A stretch of DNA of 63,968 nucleotides from a virus (lineage: Duplodnaviria; Caudoviricetes): the IMG/VR virus record IMGVR_UViG_3300037420_001231, positions 1-63,968 of that record; one strand, 5' to 3'. Positions 45,734 to 55,359 of the stretch are shown here, in pieces; position 1 is the first letter of the stretch; every line of letters begins with the position of its first letter. Under the pieces are notes generated by a model that did not search any database, was not told the origin of the DNA, and worked only from the letters and a program-made list of their open reading frames with translations. Both the position numbers and the translations under genes were made by a program.

Positions 45734-47074
45734 TTACGGTGAGCCGCCGCCCCCGCCGCCGCTCGCCCAAGCCGTAAGGTTGAGCGTCCAGCTATTGCCG
45801 CCGGAGTTGACGGTGACGGTTGCCGCGTGGTCCGCGCTCAGCGTTGCGTTGAGCGTGAACGTGATGCTTGTGGCCGAATCCCCGCTCACCACATCGGCGG
45901 TCACGTTGTTCCCCGAAAAACTCCACGTCCACGGAACGCTCGCGCTGGCGCCGATGGTGTAGCTAACGCTTCCCGTGTCGCTCGCGCTGTAAGTGCCGGG
46001 CGCCGGAGTGTAGGTGGCGCCGGTGGAGGCCGTGTTGGTGATGGTCACCGTGACGTTGCCGGTGGTGGCCGTTTGACCCAGCGAATCCGTGATGGTGCAC
46101 TTGAACGTCGCGGTGCGGGACTCGCCGTTGGCCATCGTGGTCGCTTTGAACTTCGTGCTTGCCGAGGTGGCGCTCACGAGGGTGATGGCGCCGCCGCTCA
46201 CCTTCGTCCACGAGTAGGTGTAGGGGCCAGCCCCGCCCGAGGCGGTAGCGGTCGCGCTTGAGGCGGTGGTGATGCTGGCCGTTGTGCCGGACCCGCTGAG
46301 GCTCGCCGGGCTCGCGCTCGCGCTGAGCGCGGAGGCCCGCGCGATGGTCACGGAAATGCTGGCGGTGGCGGTGAAGCCGTTGGCGTCCGTGACGGTGCAT
46401 TGCCACGTTGCCGAGCGCGTTTCGCCAGCCGTGAGGCTGGACGAAGTGAAGGTGGTGGTGGCCGCGTTGGGGCTGTCACACGCGATGCCGGTTGAACTTG
46501 CCGAGCCCGCACCGCTCACGCGCGTCCAATGATAGGTGTAAGGCGCCGTTCCGCTTGAGCCCGTGGCGGTCACGGAGGCGGTGGTTTCGGAAGCCGTGAG
46601 GTCCGTGCTCGAAAGGCTCGTTTTGTTGAGCGAAATGGAGGGCGCGGCCACGCGGTCCAGCGTCACCGTCACATTGCAAGTGGCCGTTGCGCCGGTCGCG
46701 GTGTCCGTGACCGTGCACCGCATGGTTGCCGTGCGCTCTTCGCCCACGGTCATCGCGGCGCCGCTCTTGAAGGTGGTGGTGGCGGAAGTTGGCGAGTTCG
46801 CAACCACATCGCCGCCGGACACCTTGGCCCACGAGTAGGAATATGAGCCGGACCCGCCCGCGGCCGTCACCGTCACGCTTGCGGTGGTCACCGTTGCGGT
46901 GGTGTCGATTGCCGAGCGGCTGGGCGCGCTCGGGGTGGCGGTCAGCGCGGCGGTTTTGAGCACCCACACGCCACCTTCCTTGCGGTAAAGCTGGCGTTGC
47001 GCCCACGAGCCGGACTCTTTGCGGTAAACGCTCGCGTTCCCGAACGCTCCGGCGGCTTTGCGGTAGAGGCCCAC
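45734..47074 (-). CDS. Virion protein with tandem Ig-like repeats
   Basis: Three ~100-aa Thr/Ser-rich repeats: GG..PY.Y.W.KVSG...TTF...C.VTD..G.TAT. Confidence 0.8.
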   Translation of the reverse strand: MGLYRKAAGAFGNASVYRKESGSWAQRQLYRKEGGVWVLKTAALTATPSAPSRSAIDTTATVTTASVTVTAAGGSGSYSYSWAKVSGGDVVANSPTSATTTFKSGAAMTVGEERTATMRCTVTDTATGATATCNVTVTLDRVAAPSISLNKTSLSSTDLTASETTASVTATGSSGTAPYTYHWTRVSGAGSASSTGIACDSPNAATTTFTSSSLTAGETRSATWQCTVTDANGFTATASISVTIARASALSASASPASLSGSGTTASITTASSATATASGGAGPYTYSWTKVSGGAITLVSATSASTKFKATTMANGESRTATFKCTITDSLGQTATTGNVTVTITNTASTGATYTPAPGTYSASDTGSVSYTIGASASVPWTWSFSGNNVTADVVSGDSATSITFTLNATLSADHAATVTVNSGGNSWTLNLTAWASGGGGGGSP

Positions 47075-47080
47075 CGGCGC

Positions 47081-48358
47081 CTAGCCGATGTAAATGTCAC
47101 CATCCACGCCAAGCGCCGGGGCGGGGGCGCCAGTGCCGGAATGGAGGGTGATGCCGCTTGCTCCCGTGCCCGTTTTCACGAACGCGGATGACGCCATCGT
47201 TGCCGCGGAGCCGAGCCCAAGGTTGGTGCGGGCGGCCGCCTTGTCGGGAATCGCGGCGAGGTTGTCCGTGATTTGAAGGAAGCGGCCGTCCGCCTCCGTC
47301 TTGTCGTAGGCGTTGACCAACTGCAAATAACGGGCATCGCCGGTGGTGAGGTCCAGCGTGTCCGCCTTGAGCGAATAGCGCGCGTCACTCGTGGTTTTGT
47401 CATAGACGTTCGCGGCGGCCGCGAAGTAGGTGTCCGCCCGGAGCGCGGCGGAGCCGAGCCCAAGGTTGCCGCGCGCGGCGCTGGCATCAGTAAGGCCCCC
47501 AAGATTGCCGGACTTGCTGAGGAAAGAACTGTCCGCGACCGCCTTTGTGTAAACGTCCGCGGAGTTCGCCTTAGCGCCCACTGCGGCATCAACTTCGGCC
47601 TTGGTGTAGCTGTCCGCGATGAGCCGGAAGCGCGCATTGGATTGCGCTTGGGTGAACACGTTGGACGTGGTGATGGCGCCGAACGCATAGCCGCTAATGA
47701 CATCGCCCGCGGTCGCGCCAGCGGCGAGCACCACATTGACGCCATCGGTAGCCGTGAAGTCGGCATCCTTGAGAAGAACGCCGTTCTTGGCCACGATGAC
47801 CATGCCGGGGTCATAGCCGCTCGGGATTGCGAAGGACGTTTGCCCGGCGGTGGCGGTGATTGCGAACGTCTCGAAGATGGATGCGACGGTGGACCCCGCA
47901 TTTTTCCAGCCGCCCGCACCAAGCACGCGCTGGGCGTCCAACGTGGTGTCGAAATAGGAGTCGCCAACTTGGACCGGCGTGCCGTCCGGGCGCGCCGTGG
48001 GTGGCGCGGCCATCGCGCCTTGATAACGGTTGCGATAGTCCGCGAACGCGGCCGTGACGGCCGCAATGGCTTCATCCCGCACCGCGTCCGGGGTGGTGTC
48101 CGCGGCCCACTCATCCTTGATAGCTTGAAGCGTTGCTTGGATGGCCTCAGCGTTGTTGAAAATCGGCGTGAGGACTTCCGTGATGCGGTCCAAGCCCAAT
48201 TGATTGAGCGTGGCGAGCGCCGCCTCAACGTCCGGCGTCAACGCCTCCACCGCCTTGAAGCGCGCGATAAGGTAGGCCATCGCGCGGTTCATGCGCTCCG
48301 GCGTTGCCTCGCGGCCAAGCGGCGTGGAGAAGTCTAGTTCAGGAGGAAGCGCCGACAT
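47081..48358 (-). CDS. Tail fibre-related structural protein
   Basis: TATAGQTSF, DFTATDG, YTK.E.D repeats, AAR.NLGLGSAA repeats. Confidence 0.75.
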   Translation of the reverse strand: MSALPPELDFSTPLGREATPERMNRAMAYLIARFKAVEALTPDVEAALATLNQLGLDRITEVLTPIFNNAEAIQATLQAIKDEWAADTTPDAVRDEAIAAVTAAFADYRNRYQGAMAAPPTARPDGTPVQVGDSYFDTTLDAQRVLGAGGWKNAGSTVASIFETFAITATAGQTSFAIPSGYDPGMVIVAKNGVLLKDADFTATDGVNVVLAAGATAGDVISGYAFGAITTSNVFTQAQSNARFRLIADSYTKAEVDAAVGAKANSADVYTKAVADSSFLSKSGNLGGLTDASAARGNLGLGSAALRADTYFAAAANVYDKTTSDARYSLKADTLDLTTGDARYLQLVNAYDKTEADGRFLQITDNLAAIPDKAAARTNLGLGSAATMASSAFVKTGTGASGITLHSGTGAPAPALGVDGDIYIG

Positions 48359-48512
48359 TGGCCACCAAGCCCTCTTCGTCCAGCATGGTCTTGAGTAGCC
48401 CCTCGCGGACGTTCACCGCCCCCGGCCTGTAAGTGAAGCCAAGGTGGGTGAACGGCCGGGTGAGGGTCACGTCATAGCGGCCGCTTTGACTCTTCGGATA
48501 CCGGCGAGCCAT
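48339..48512 (-). CDS. Small tail-region protein (57 aa)
   Basis: TAATG coupling; fills the gap between structural genes. Confidence 0.55.
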   Translation of the reverse strand: MARRYPKSQSGRYDVTLTRPFTHLGFTYRPGAVNVREGLLKTMLDEEGLVANVGASS

Positions 48513-50770
48513 TAGAGCGCGTAATCCTTGCGCTGAGCGATGTGGAAGAGGCTGAGGGAGTTGTCCGTGCCGCCCGTAAGCTTCACGCGGATGTCCGTCA
48601 CACCGGCGCCGAGATTGAACACATAGGTGCGGTCAATCGAGCCATCCGGGTTGGTGACATCCGAGGACGAGTCCGCGGCCTCCGTGGTGGCGGAGGTGGC
48701 GCCGGTGAGAAGTTCGCCGGTGAGTGTGTGGTGCGCCGCGTCGAAGTCCTCCAACCGCACGGTGACGTGGATGTTGGTGGACGGCGCCGGAAGCGTCCGC
48801 AGCGCGCCGAAATAGGTGAACGCCGTTTTGGAGCGCGCGATGGTCACTTGCGAGTTGGAGATTGTCAGGCACGGCATGACATCCGGCGTGCCGGTGAACA
48901 CGGCGCGGAACGCCACGAGGTTCGGCATGACGCCGCCAGCCCCGAGGATGGACGAGTCCACCGCCGCGAGCGGATACCACACGCCGCCAACTTGGATTTC
49001 ATAGGCAAGCTGGGTGGAGCCCGGGAGGATGGCGGACGAAAGGATGTCGATGTCGGAAATGCCGCCCGCAAGGCTCAGCGGTTGGAGGTCAATGACCGCC
49101 CGCGAGGCCGTGAACTGAGCCTGATAGAGCGAGAACATGACCGCCTTGGTGCCGTCGCCTTGGACGTAGGCGCCGTCCTGATGGAAGAAGAACGTGCCTT
49201 CCGGGTAGGACGAACCGGCAACCGCGGCCAACGCATGGTCCGCGGCCGTGAGGACCACGATGGCATAGCGCACGCCGCCGGTGAGGAACGCCGGTTGGAT
49301 GCCGATGACGGTTTCCTCGTTGAGCGCGAGCGCCGAGCGGTCCACGGCGGTTTGCGACACCACCTTGTCCAACAGCGGCATGCCGCGGTCCGTCTCGCAA
49401 ATGAGCACGGTGATTCCGCCAGCGGCCGCGAGGCGCGAGAAGGTGATGCCAACCGCGTCAAGCCACATGTCGTTGGCGTTGAGGAAGGTTTGCGCGGCGT
49501 TCGTTCCGCTCACCGTATTGGCAACGGTGACCTCTTCCCAATAGGGGGCCTCATAGGAGTCCTCCCAATTGTTCTTGGCGCGAGCGGGGACGTGGTTCTT
49601 GACCGCCTCAACCTTGAGGTTGGCCGGAACTGACCACGCTTCATCCGCGCGGCGAAACACGTTCGCGGCAACGTCAAAGCGGCCGGTTTTGAGCCAATTG
49701 GCCGCGCTGCTGACCGTGCGCGCCGGGCCGTGCCGGAGCCGGTGGCGCGAAGCCGTTTTCTGGACCAAGTGGTGGTCCGTGTAGGAATAGCTTGCGAGCG
49801 GGAACTCGCCCACCTTCGTGCCGACGATGCTTGCGCGCTTGACGCGCGTGTAGGCCGGGAAGAGGACGCCGCCGACAATCTTGGCCGCCGGGTTGAGCGG
49901 GTTGAGGATTGCAAGCTGCGAAGTGGCCGGAGCCTCCGCGGGGAAGCGGATGCCCTCTTCGACGGTGGCCGAATAGCCCGCGAAGTCCGGGTCGGAGCCC
50001 GACTCGTCCAACAGCAAATCGCAGTAGGAATCGAACGCCGTGCTGGGGATGCCGTCCTTGGCTTCAAGGACCGCGAGGCGGTCCAGCGTGCGGCCGTAGG
50101 GCTCAAGGCCAACGAGGCTGGCCTGTCCCTTCGTGAGCGCGGCGATGTCGGAGCCGAGCGACTGGACTTGCGGCCCAATCTTCTTCTGGAACGCCTCAAG
50201 GTCGCCGGTGCGGCTCGCAACCGAAGCCACCGAGTCCAGCATGTTTTCGGTTGTCATCGTGACCGATTCGATGCCGGTGGGCGTGAGGACGATGGTGGCG
50301 ACGGAGATAACGCTCGCGTCAAGAACCGGCGGAATCGGGTCCGCGTTCTCATCGCCAAAGGACACGCTCATGTTGACCACGCGCGCGTGCTCCATGGCGA
50401 CAACGCGCGGCTCGGAAGCGTTCGTTTCCTCGTTAATCAGGAACTCGCGCGGGCGGGTGTCCGTGTCCACCTCAGTCCCCCACGCCACGAGCGTGGCAAT
50501 ACGCTTGGTCGCGGCGGGAAGCTTCGTGGTGAAGTCATAAGTGAAAAGGTCGGCGCCGTTATAGACCTTGCCGCCGCTGTAATAGCGCCCCGGCTGGACG
50601 GTCAGATTGACGGCGGAGTCGCTCGTGGCGTTGAAGCCCGCAAACTTGCGCTCGTTGGTGACCGCATCGCCCACGATGTGGTCAAGTGAGCGCTGGGCGT
50701 AATCTTGAAGGTCGTTGAAGTCGGCCGGGTCATTGTCCATGCCGTCTTGAAAAATGACAAGGCTTTCCAT
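48512..50770 (-). CDS. Baseplate/tail structural protein (DUF4815-like)
   Basis: 752 aa after gpI; AQTF....D.....V...F, G.P, G.RYAIV motifs. Confidence 0.7.
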   Translation of the reverse strand: MESLVIFQDGMDNDPADFNDLQDYAQRSLDHIVGDAVTNERKFAGFNATSDSAVNLTVQPGRYYSGGKVYNGADLFTYDFTTKLPAATKRIATLVAWGTEVDTDTRPREFLINEETNASEPRVVAMEHARVVNMSVSFGDENADPIPPVLDASVISVATIVLTPTGIESVTMTTENMLDSVASVASRTGDLEAFQKKIGPQVQSLGSDIAALTKGQASLVGLEPYGRTLDRLAVLEAKDGIPSTAFDSYCDLLLDESGSDPDFAGYSATVEEGIRFPAEAPATSQLAILNPLNPAAKIVGGVLFPAYTRVKRASIVGTKVGEFPLASYSYTDHHLVQKTASRHRLRHGPARTVSSAANWLKTGRFDVAANVFRRADEAWSVPANLKVEAVKNHVPARAKNNWEDSYEAPYWEEVTVANTVSGTNAAQTFLNANDMWLDAVGITFSRLAAAGGITVLICETDRGMPLLDKVVSQTAVDRSALALNEETVIGIQPAFLTGGVRYAIVVLTAADHALAAVAGSSYPEGTFFFHQDGAYVQGDGTKAVMFSLYQAQFTASRAVIDLQPLSLAGGISDIDILSSAILPGSTQLAYEIQVGGVWYPLAAVDSSILGAGGVMPNLVAFRAVFTGTPDVMPCLTISNSQVTIARSKTAFTYFGALRTLPAPSTNIHVTVRLEDFDAAHHTLTGELLTGATSATTEAADSSSDVTNPDGSIDRTYVFNLGAGVTDIRVKLTGGTDNSLSLFHIAQRKDYAL

Positions 50771-52084
50771 CTAGTTCACCTCTTTGATTTGCCCAAAGAC
50801 GAACTCCCCGAAGGTGAGCCCGCTACCGAACTTGACCACGCTCTTCGTGGTGGTGTTGATGTGGACCGTATCCCGAAAAGCTTTTGAGACACGGACCGCT
50901 TCAATAGCCCTCCAAAGCGGCGTCATGTCCGCGCTCTTGCGGTATCCGGCGCCGTGCCAGCGCCCCGCGGTGCGCCGCTTGCGCTGCATCGGAACGCAGA
51001 TTTGGAGTTCCGCCGTGAAGGCGTCGATTCCGTAGCGGCCGCGACCGTGGAATGACCGCACCTTGCGCATCTTGCCGGTGCGCGTCGGGTCGTTGAGCGC
51101 CACGCGGTCATAAATCATGAGCGGGCCGTGGCTCGCCTTCATGAAGCCGCCGAAGCGCTTGCGCTTGAGTAGGAAGCCGCGCCCGAGTGGCGCCGTGCGG
51201 CCTTGCGCAATGCGCTGGGGCCGCACGTTTACCGGGTCCATGCTGGGCGGCACGGGGAACGGCAACACGTCATCGCTGAATTGAACCGTGATGGTGTTGG
51301 TTTCCGCGGCCGTTGCGCGGACCCAGCCGTGCCCGATGAAGCTGCTACCGAAGAACATGCGGTTGGGCGCGGTGCGGCGCAAATAGACGCGCTCCACTTC
51401 GGCGTCATCGGTTGTGCCGTAAGTGATGGGGACCTCAACGCCTTGGTCATAGAAGGTGGCGCGGCGGCCGCGGAGGAAGAAGCCGCGCGACGTGCGGAGG
51501 AACTTGAGCGGCCTTGGCGGCGTGTCGCTCGTTTCGGCCGCCATGCTCGTGCCGCCGAGCGGGTTGCCATCTTCGTCCGTGATGTCCAACTCCACATCGG
51601 AGTCCCGGTAACCGAAGAATTGCTTGCCGCCCGGTCCGCTGAAAAACGAGCGGGCAAGGGGCGGGTTGGGGACCTCTGAAAACGGGTAGATGCGCACTTG
51701 CGGCAAGCTATCCAGCCATGCGGCGCGCTGGGCGTCCGTCATCGCGCCCCGGCGGAACTCGCGCGCGGGCGGGCGGACAATCTTGAGCACTTCGGCGCCC
51801 GCCACTTTGACGTGCGCCTTGATACCCGCCGGGGTGGTTTTCAGCCGGTGGAGCGCCAGCGCCTTCCGGCACACCTCGCGCTTGGTCGCCTCCTGCCAAT
51901 TGTTATCCCAAAGGTCCACGGAGAGGCCCCACGCGAGATAGGGCAACAAGTCGGCCGGGCATGTGTCGGGATTCCACACGGACGCCACGAGTTCCGTGGG
52001 TAGCGGGAAGCGCGCGGCGTTCGCGCCTTCAAGCGCGGCCTCAAGCGGAGTCCGGTTGTTCGGGAGAAGCGCGGGCTCCGTCAC
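50771..52084 (-). CDS. Baseplate protein I (P2 gpI-like) with extension
   Basis: LLP.N.T.LE, WNP.TCP..LLPYLAW..SVD.W, H..K.T. Confidence 0.88.
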   Translation of the reverse strand: MTEPALLPNNRTPLEAALEGANAARFPLPTELVASVWNPDTCPADLLPYLAWGLSVDLWDNNWQEATKREVCRKALALHRLKTTPAGIKAHVKVAGAEVLKIVRPPAREFRRGAMTDAQRAAWLDSLPQVRIYPFSEVPNPPLARSFFSGPGGKQFFGYRDSDVELDITDEDGNPLGGTSMAAETSDTPPRPLKFLRTSRGFFLRGRRATFYDQGVEVPITYGTTDDAEVERVYLRRTAPNRMFFGSSFIGHGWVRATAAETNTITVQFSDDVLPFPVPPSMDPVNVRPQRIAQGRTAPLGRGFLLKRKRFGGFMKASHGPLMIYDRVALNDPTRTGKMRKVRSFHGRGRYGIDAFTAELQICVPMQRKRRTAGRWHGAGYRKSADMTPLWRAIEAVRVSKAFRDTVHINTTTKSVVKFGSGLTFGEFVFGQIKEVN

Positions 52085-52983
52085 CCAACCACCTCACTCG
52101 TGATGGTGAGGGAGTCGAGCCACGCGGCGCCTGACTCCCCGGGGTCCACGTCGCCAATGTCAATGGTGACCTCTTCCACGCCGCCAACGGCGGCGGCCGC
52201 CATCAGCATGTTAGCATAGACCACGAGCCCGATGCGGTGGCGGTCCGTCGCGTAGGCGCGCACCGCCTTCTCCGCGCTGGCGCGAATGATTGCCGGGTCC
52301 GGGCCGCGGCGGACCTTGAGGTTGATGGTGGCCGAATAGTTCGTGATGGACGCGGAGCGGACCGTCACGATGTCCGTGAGTTGGGTGGAGGCGTCATCCT
52401 GAAAAGCGGTGTAAACCGCGTCCACAACGGCCGCCGGGACCACGCCGGAGCCGTCGCGGCCCAAGAGCACAACGTCCACTTGGCCGCCCGGCCGCTTGAG
52501 CGGTTGCACGTCCTTGAGCGAAGGTGCCGTTTTCAGCGCGAGCGAACGATAGCCGCCGCCGGTGAGTCCGGCATAGGGCAGGGCTTCGGGCGCGAGTTGG
52601 ATGCGCTGGCGAAGGCTGGCGTCATCTTCCATGATGGCGGGCGCATCGGCCGTCGCCTCCGTGACGGTGAGCCGCTGGACGCCAAAGAAGGCGCCAAGGT
52701 GCTCAAGGTCCGCGCCGGTGGCGAAGGCCAGCATGACCGCCCGCGCCGCGTCGTTGATGGCGGCCTTGGTCAATGCCTCGCGGAAGGCGTCCGCTTGCTC
52801 AAGGATTGCCGCGGGCTCACTCTCAAGGTTGAGGGTGTCCAGTTCGATTCCGATGGCCGCGAAGCGCGCCTTGAGGTCAACAAGGCGCTCCGTGAGGATT
52901 TGCTCATAATCCACGCCCTTGATGACCTCCGGCGAGGGAAGGCGCGAGAGGTCCAGCATGTCAGAGGCAAAGCGAAGGGTCAT
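52081..52983 (-). CDS. Baseplate wedge protein J
   Basis: DLS.LP.P, IN.AARA.MLAFA.G.DL, EDD..LR.R.QLA. Confidence 0.92.
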   Translation of the reverse strand: MTLRFASDMLDLSRLPSPEVIKGVDYEQILTERLVDLKARFAAIGIELDTLNLESEPAAILEQADAFREALTKAAINDAARAVMLAFATGADLEHLGAFFGVQRLTVTEATADAPAIMEDDASLRQRIQLAPEALPYAGLTGGGYRSLALKTAPSLKDVQPLKRPGGQVDVVLLGRDGSGVVPAAVVDAVYTAFQDDASTQLTDIVTVRSASITNYSATINLKVRRGPDPAIIRASAEKAVRAYATDRHRIGLVVYANMLMAAAAVGGVEEVTIDIGDVDPGESGAAWLDSLTITSEVVG

Positions 52984-53336
52984 AGCGAAACACTCACGGT
53001 TTTCGGCTCTTGGATGGAGAAGTCGCCAAGGTGGCCGCGCGGGAAATAGATGCCCTCCGCCACGATGCTGAGGTGGCCGTTTTCGGGCTCAGCCATCGTG
53101 ACGCGAGTCAGGCGGAAGCGGGGCTCCCACTTGTCAATGACCCCGGCGGTGGCCGCATAGAAGTCCACAAGCGTGTGAGCCGAGATTGGCGAGTCCACGA
53201 GGCGCGGGAGCCGCGAGCCGATGTCCCGGCGCTCCACCCGCGAGCCAAGGCTCGTGGTGATGAGCACGTTGAGCGATTGCTCAACGTGAGCCCAGCCGTC
53301 CAAAAGCTGGCCCGTGATGCGATTCAGTCCGGCCAT
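52980..53336 (-). CDS. Baseplate protein W (gp25-like)
   Basis: H..QS...L.TT..GSRV.RR..GS.LP.L.D, WEPR. Confidence 0.9.
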   Translation of the reverse strand: MAGLNRITGQLLDGWAHVEQSLNVLITTSLGSRVERRDIGSRLPRLVDSPISAHTLVDFYAATAGVIDKWEPRFRLTRVTMAEPENGHLSIVAEGIYFPRGHLGDFSIQEPKTVSVSL

Positions 53337-53385
53337 GGTTGCACTATGCCGCGAGCGCGCAAGCGTGGCGGGCGCGGTTCAATCG

Positions 53386-53973
53386 CTATGGTTGCGGCGG
53401 GCCTGAGACTCCGGCGCCGGGGTCAACGTTCGTGTGCACATGGTCCTTGCCGATGTTGACGCCATCATGCGTGATGGTTCCACCGGAGAAGGCGAAGCCG
53501 GAATCGGTGATTTCCAGCTTGCACCCGCCCACTTGAAGCGTGATTTTGGACATGCCGAGCAACAGCCACTCGCCGGAGTCCCGGTCATAGGTGAGTTTGC
53601 CGCCGTCCTGAAAAAGCCGAATCCAAAGGCCCGCCTTGTCGCCGGGCGCCGGGTTGTCATCGCAGAAGATACCGGCCGGGAGCACGAGCCCGTTTTGCGT
53701 CTCGCCGGAGGCGCTGAGCACGGCAACGCGCTCGCCAACCTCAAGCGGGTGCCAATCGAAGTCATTTTGCGCGCGGAGCCCCGGCATTGGGAGCCACCCG
53801 GTGATGAGGTGGCCGTCCTCATCGTCCTCATCCCCGATGAGCACCTTGAGGCGGCGCTTGTCATAGTCGGCCTCGTGGACCTTGCCGAACTCAATGGCGC
53901 CAGCGTGGCGCCGCTCCGTATCGGAGGCGGCGAAGCCCGCGATGCCGTGGCGGGTGCGCTCGAATTGGAGCAT
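53386..53973 (-). CDS. Baseplate spike gpV
   Basis: TGWLP....RA, VGE.V...S..GE, F.DG....YD, C-terminal H.H. Confidence 0.9.
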   Translation of the reverse strand: MLQFERTRHGIAGFAASDTERRHAGAIEFGKVHEADYDKRRLKVLIGDEDDEDGHLITGWLPMPGLRAQNDFDWHPLEVGERVAVLSASGETQNGLVLPAGIFCDDNPAPGDKAGLWIRLFQDGGKLTYDRDSGEWLLLGMSKITLQVGGCKLEITDSGFAFSGGTITHDGVNIGKDHVHTNVDPGAGVSGPPQP

Positions 53974-54578
53974 TAGACCGGCCCGGGCTCGCACACGCCG
54001 TCGCACTCGCCCACTTGGGCAACGATGCCGTCCGGCCCCCTTGCATACACCTCGCAAATCTTATTTTCTTCGGAGGTGTCCGTGCGATACGGCCGCCAAT
54101 AGCTGACCTCATAGAGCATGAGAGCGCCACCAAGCGGCTGGTCAAACGCATCGGACGAGTCGATGTCCGTGGAGGTGAGCCGAAACTCCGCGCTCGGGAG
54201 CCCCGGGACCTCAAAATCTTGCTCCATGAGCGTTTCAATGCTTTCCGCGAGCGCGTCCAGCTTATCGTCAACCGCCCACACGCCCATGGCGGTGATTTCC
54301 ACCGCCAATTCAAGCGTGCGCCTCACGCCGCTGTCAAAGCCGCTCTTCGGATAGTCCTCCGCCTTGATGTGGTCCTTGCGGGCGTAAATGTTGACCATCG
54401 GGCCATCTTTGAGGATGGACTCGAAGTTCGCGGGCGCCTCGCGGCTCCGATAGACGCGCGAATCGCCAACCGCCGGGTTGTCATCTTGGATTGTCGGCTC
54501 GCTTTCGAGCCCGAAAGCCGCAACCCCGGCCGCAATGCGCGCGGCCGCGAAGTCACGAAGAACGCGCCGTTGGTGCAT
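53973..54578 (-). CDS. Tail completion / terminator protein
   Basis: Position between head-tail joining gene and gpV; MH.R..R, DD.LD.LAE.IE. Confidence 0.65.
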   Translation of the reverse strand: MHQRRVLRDFAAARIAAGVAAFGLESEPTIQDDNPAVGDSRVYRSREAPANFESILKDGPMVNIYARKDHIKAEDYPKSGFDSGVRRTLELAVEITAMGVWAVDDKLDALAESIETLMEQDFEVPGLPSAEFRLTSTDIDSSDAFDQPLGGALMLYEVSYWRPYRTDTSEENKICEVYARGPDGIVAQVGECDGVCEPGPV

Positions 54579-54919
54579 CACGCCACCTTGAGGATGATGA
54601 GGGACATGCCCGTGCCGTCCGGCTGAACATCCCACACGGCATAATCACGGCCGCGGGCCTCCACGAGCGTGCCCGGGCCACTCTTCAAGTTGGGCACGTC
54701 GCTCGTGCGGCAACGGAATTGCGGGGAGTTGCCGTTGTTGCTCATGCCGTCCTTGAAGCCCACTTGGGCTTTCGCCAGCGCCACCGGGTTGATGACCGGC
54801 CGCGTGTCAAAGATTGCCATGACGGTGTAGGGGTCGCCGGTTGGGGGCTTGACGGTGACCTCTTCCGCGAAGTCATCCGGGTCAAAAAAAACGGCGCGCA
54901 AGTCGTCATCTTCAACCAT
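54578..54919 (-). CDS. Head-tail joining protein (lambda FII-like)
   Basis: FFDPDDFA, AIFD, PDGTGM..I.L. Confidence 0.75.
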   Translation of the reverse strand: MVEDDDLRAVFFDPDDFAEEVTVKPPTGDPYTVMAIFDTRPVINPVALAKAQVGFKDGMSNNGNSPQFRCRTSDVPNLKSGPGTLVEARGRDYAVWDVQPDGTGMSLIILKVA

Positions 54920-54955
54920 GCGCGCCGTTCCTTTTTACGTTCAAACTGAGTGGCC

Positions 54956-55357
54956 TTATTCGGCCGCTTCCTTGGCCGCCTTGGCCGCGTCGATTTCCTC
55001 CGCAGTCACGTCCGCGAGGCCGGTGATGTCCGCAACGGCTTCCACCGTGGGCTCACCCTCAACCAAGTCCAGCGCCTCAACGATGGTCGCCATGCGCTCA
55101 TTGACCGCATCGGCGTCCACCTTCTCCGGCTCCGGCGTGGGCGGGGGCGGAGCGGCGTCCTTCGCCGCTTTCTTGCCCTTGGCCGCCTTGGCGGGCGCCG
55201 GGGGCTCCGCCTCCGGTGCGTCCGCGGCAACATATTTGGTCGCGTAGCCGAGCCCGATGAGGGCCTTGCCTTCGCTGTCGCTCACCTCAATGTAGGGAAG
55301 CGGAGGGCAAGAGCCCTCCGTCCCGATGAGGGTGAGGCTCTTGCCAACCACCTTCAT
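54956..55357 (-). CDS. Head-associated hypothetical protein (FI position)
   Basis: Follows capsid gene; EG..LI.LG.A and Ala/Pro-rich linker. Confidence 0.6.
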   Translation of the reverse strand: MKVVGKSLTLIGTEGSCPPLPYIEVSDSEGKALIGLGYATKYVAADAPEAEPPAPAKAAKGKKAAKDAAPPPPTPEPEKVDADAVNERMATIVEALDLVEGEPTVEAVADITGLADVTAEEIDAAKAAKEAAE

Positions 55358-55359
55358 GG

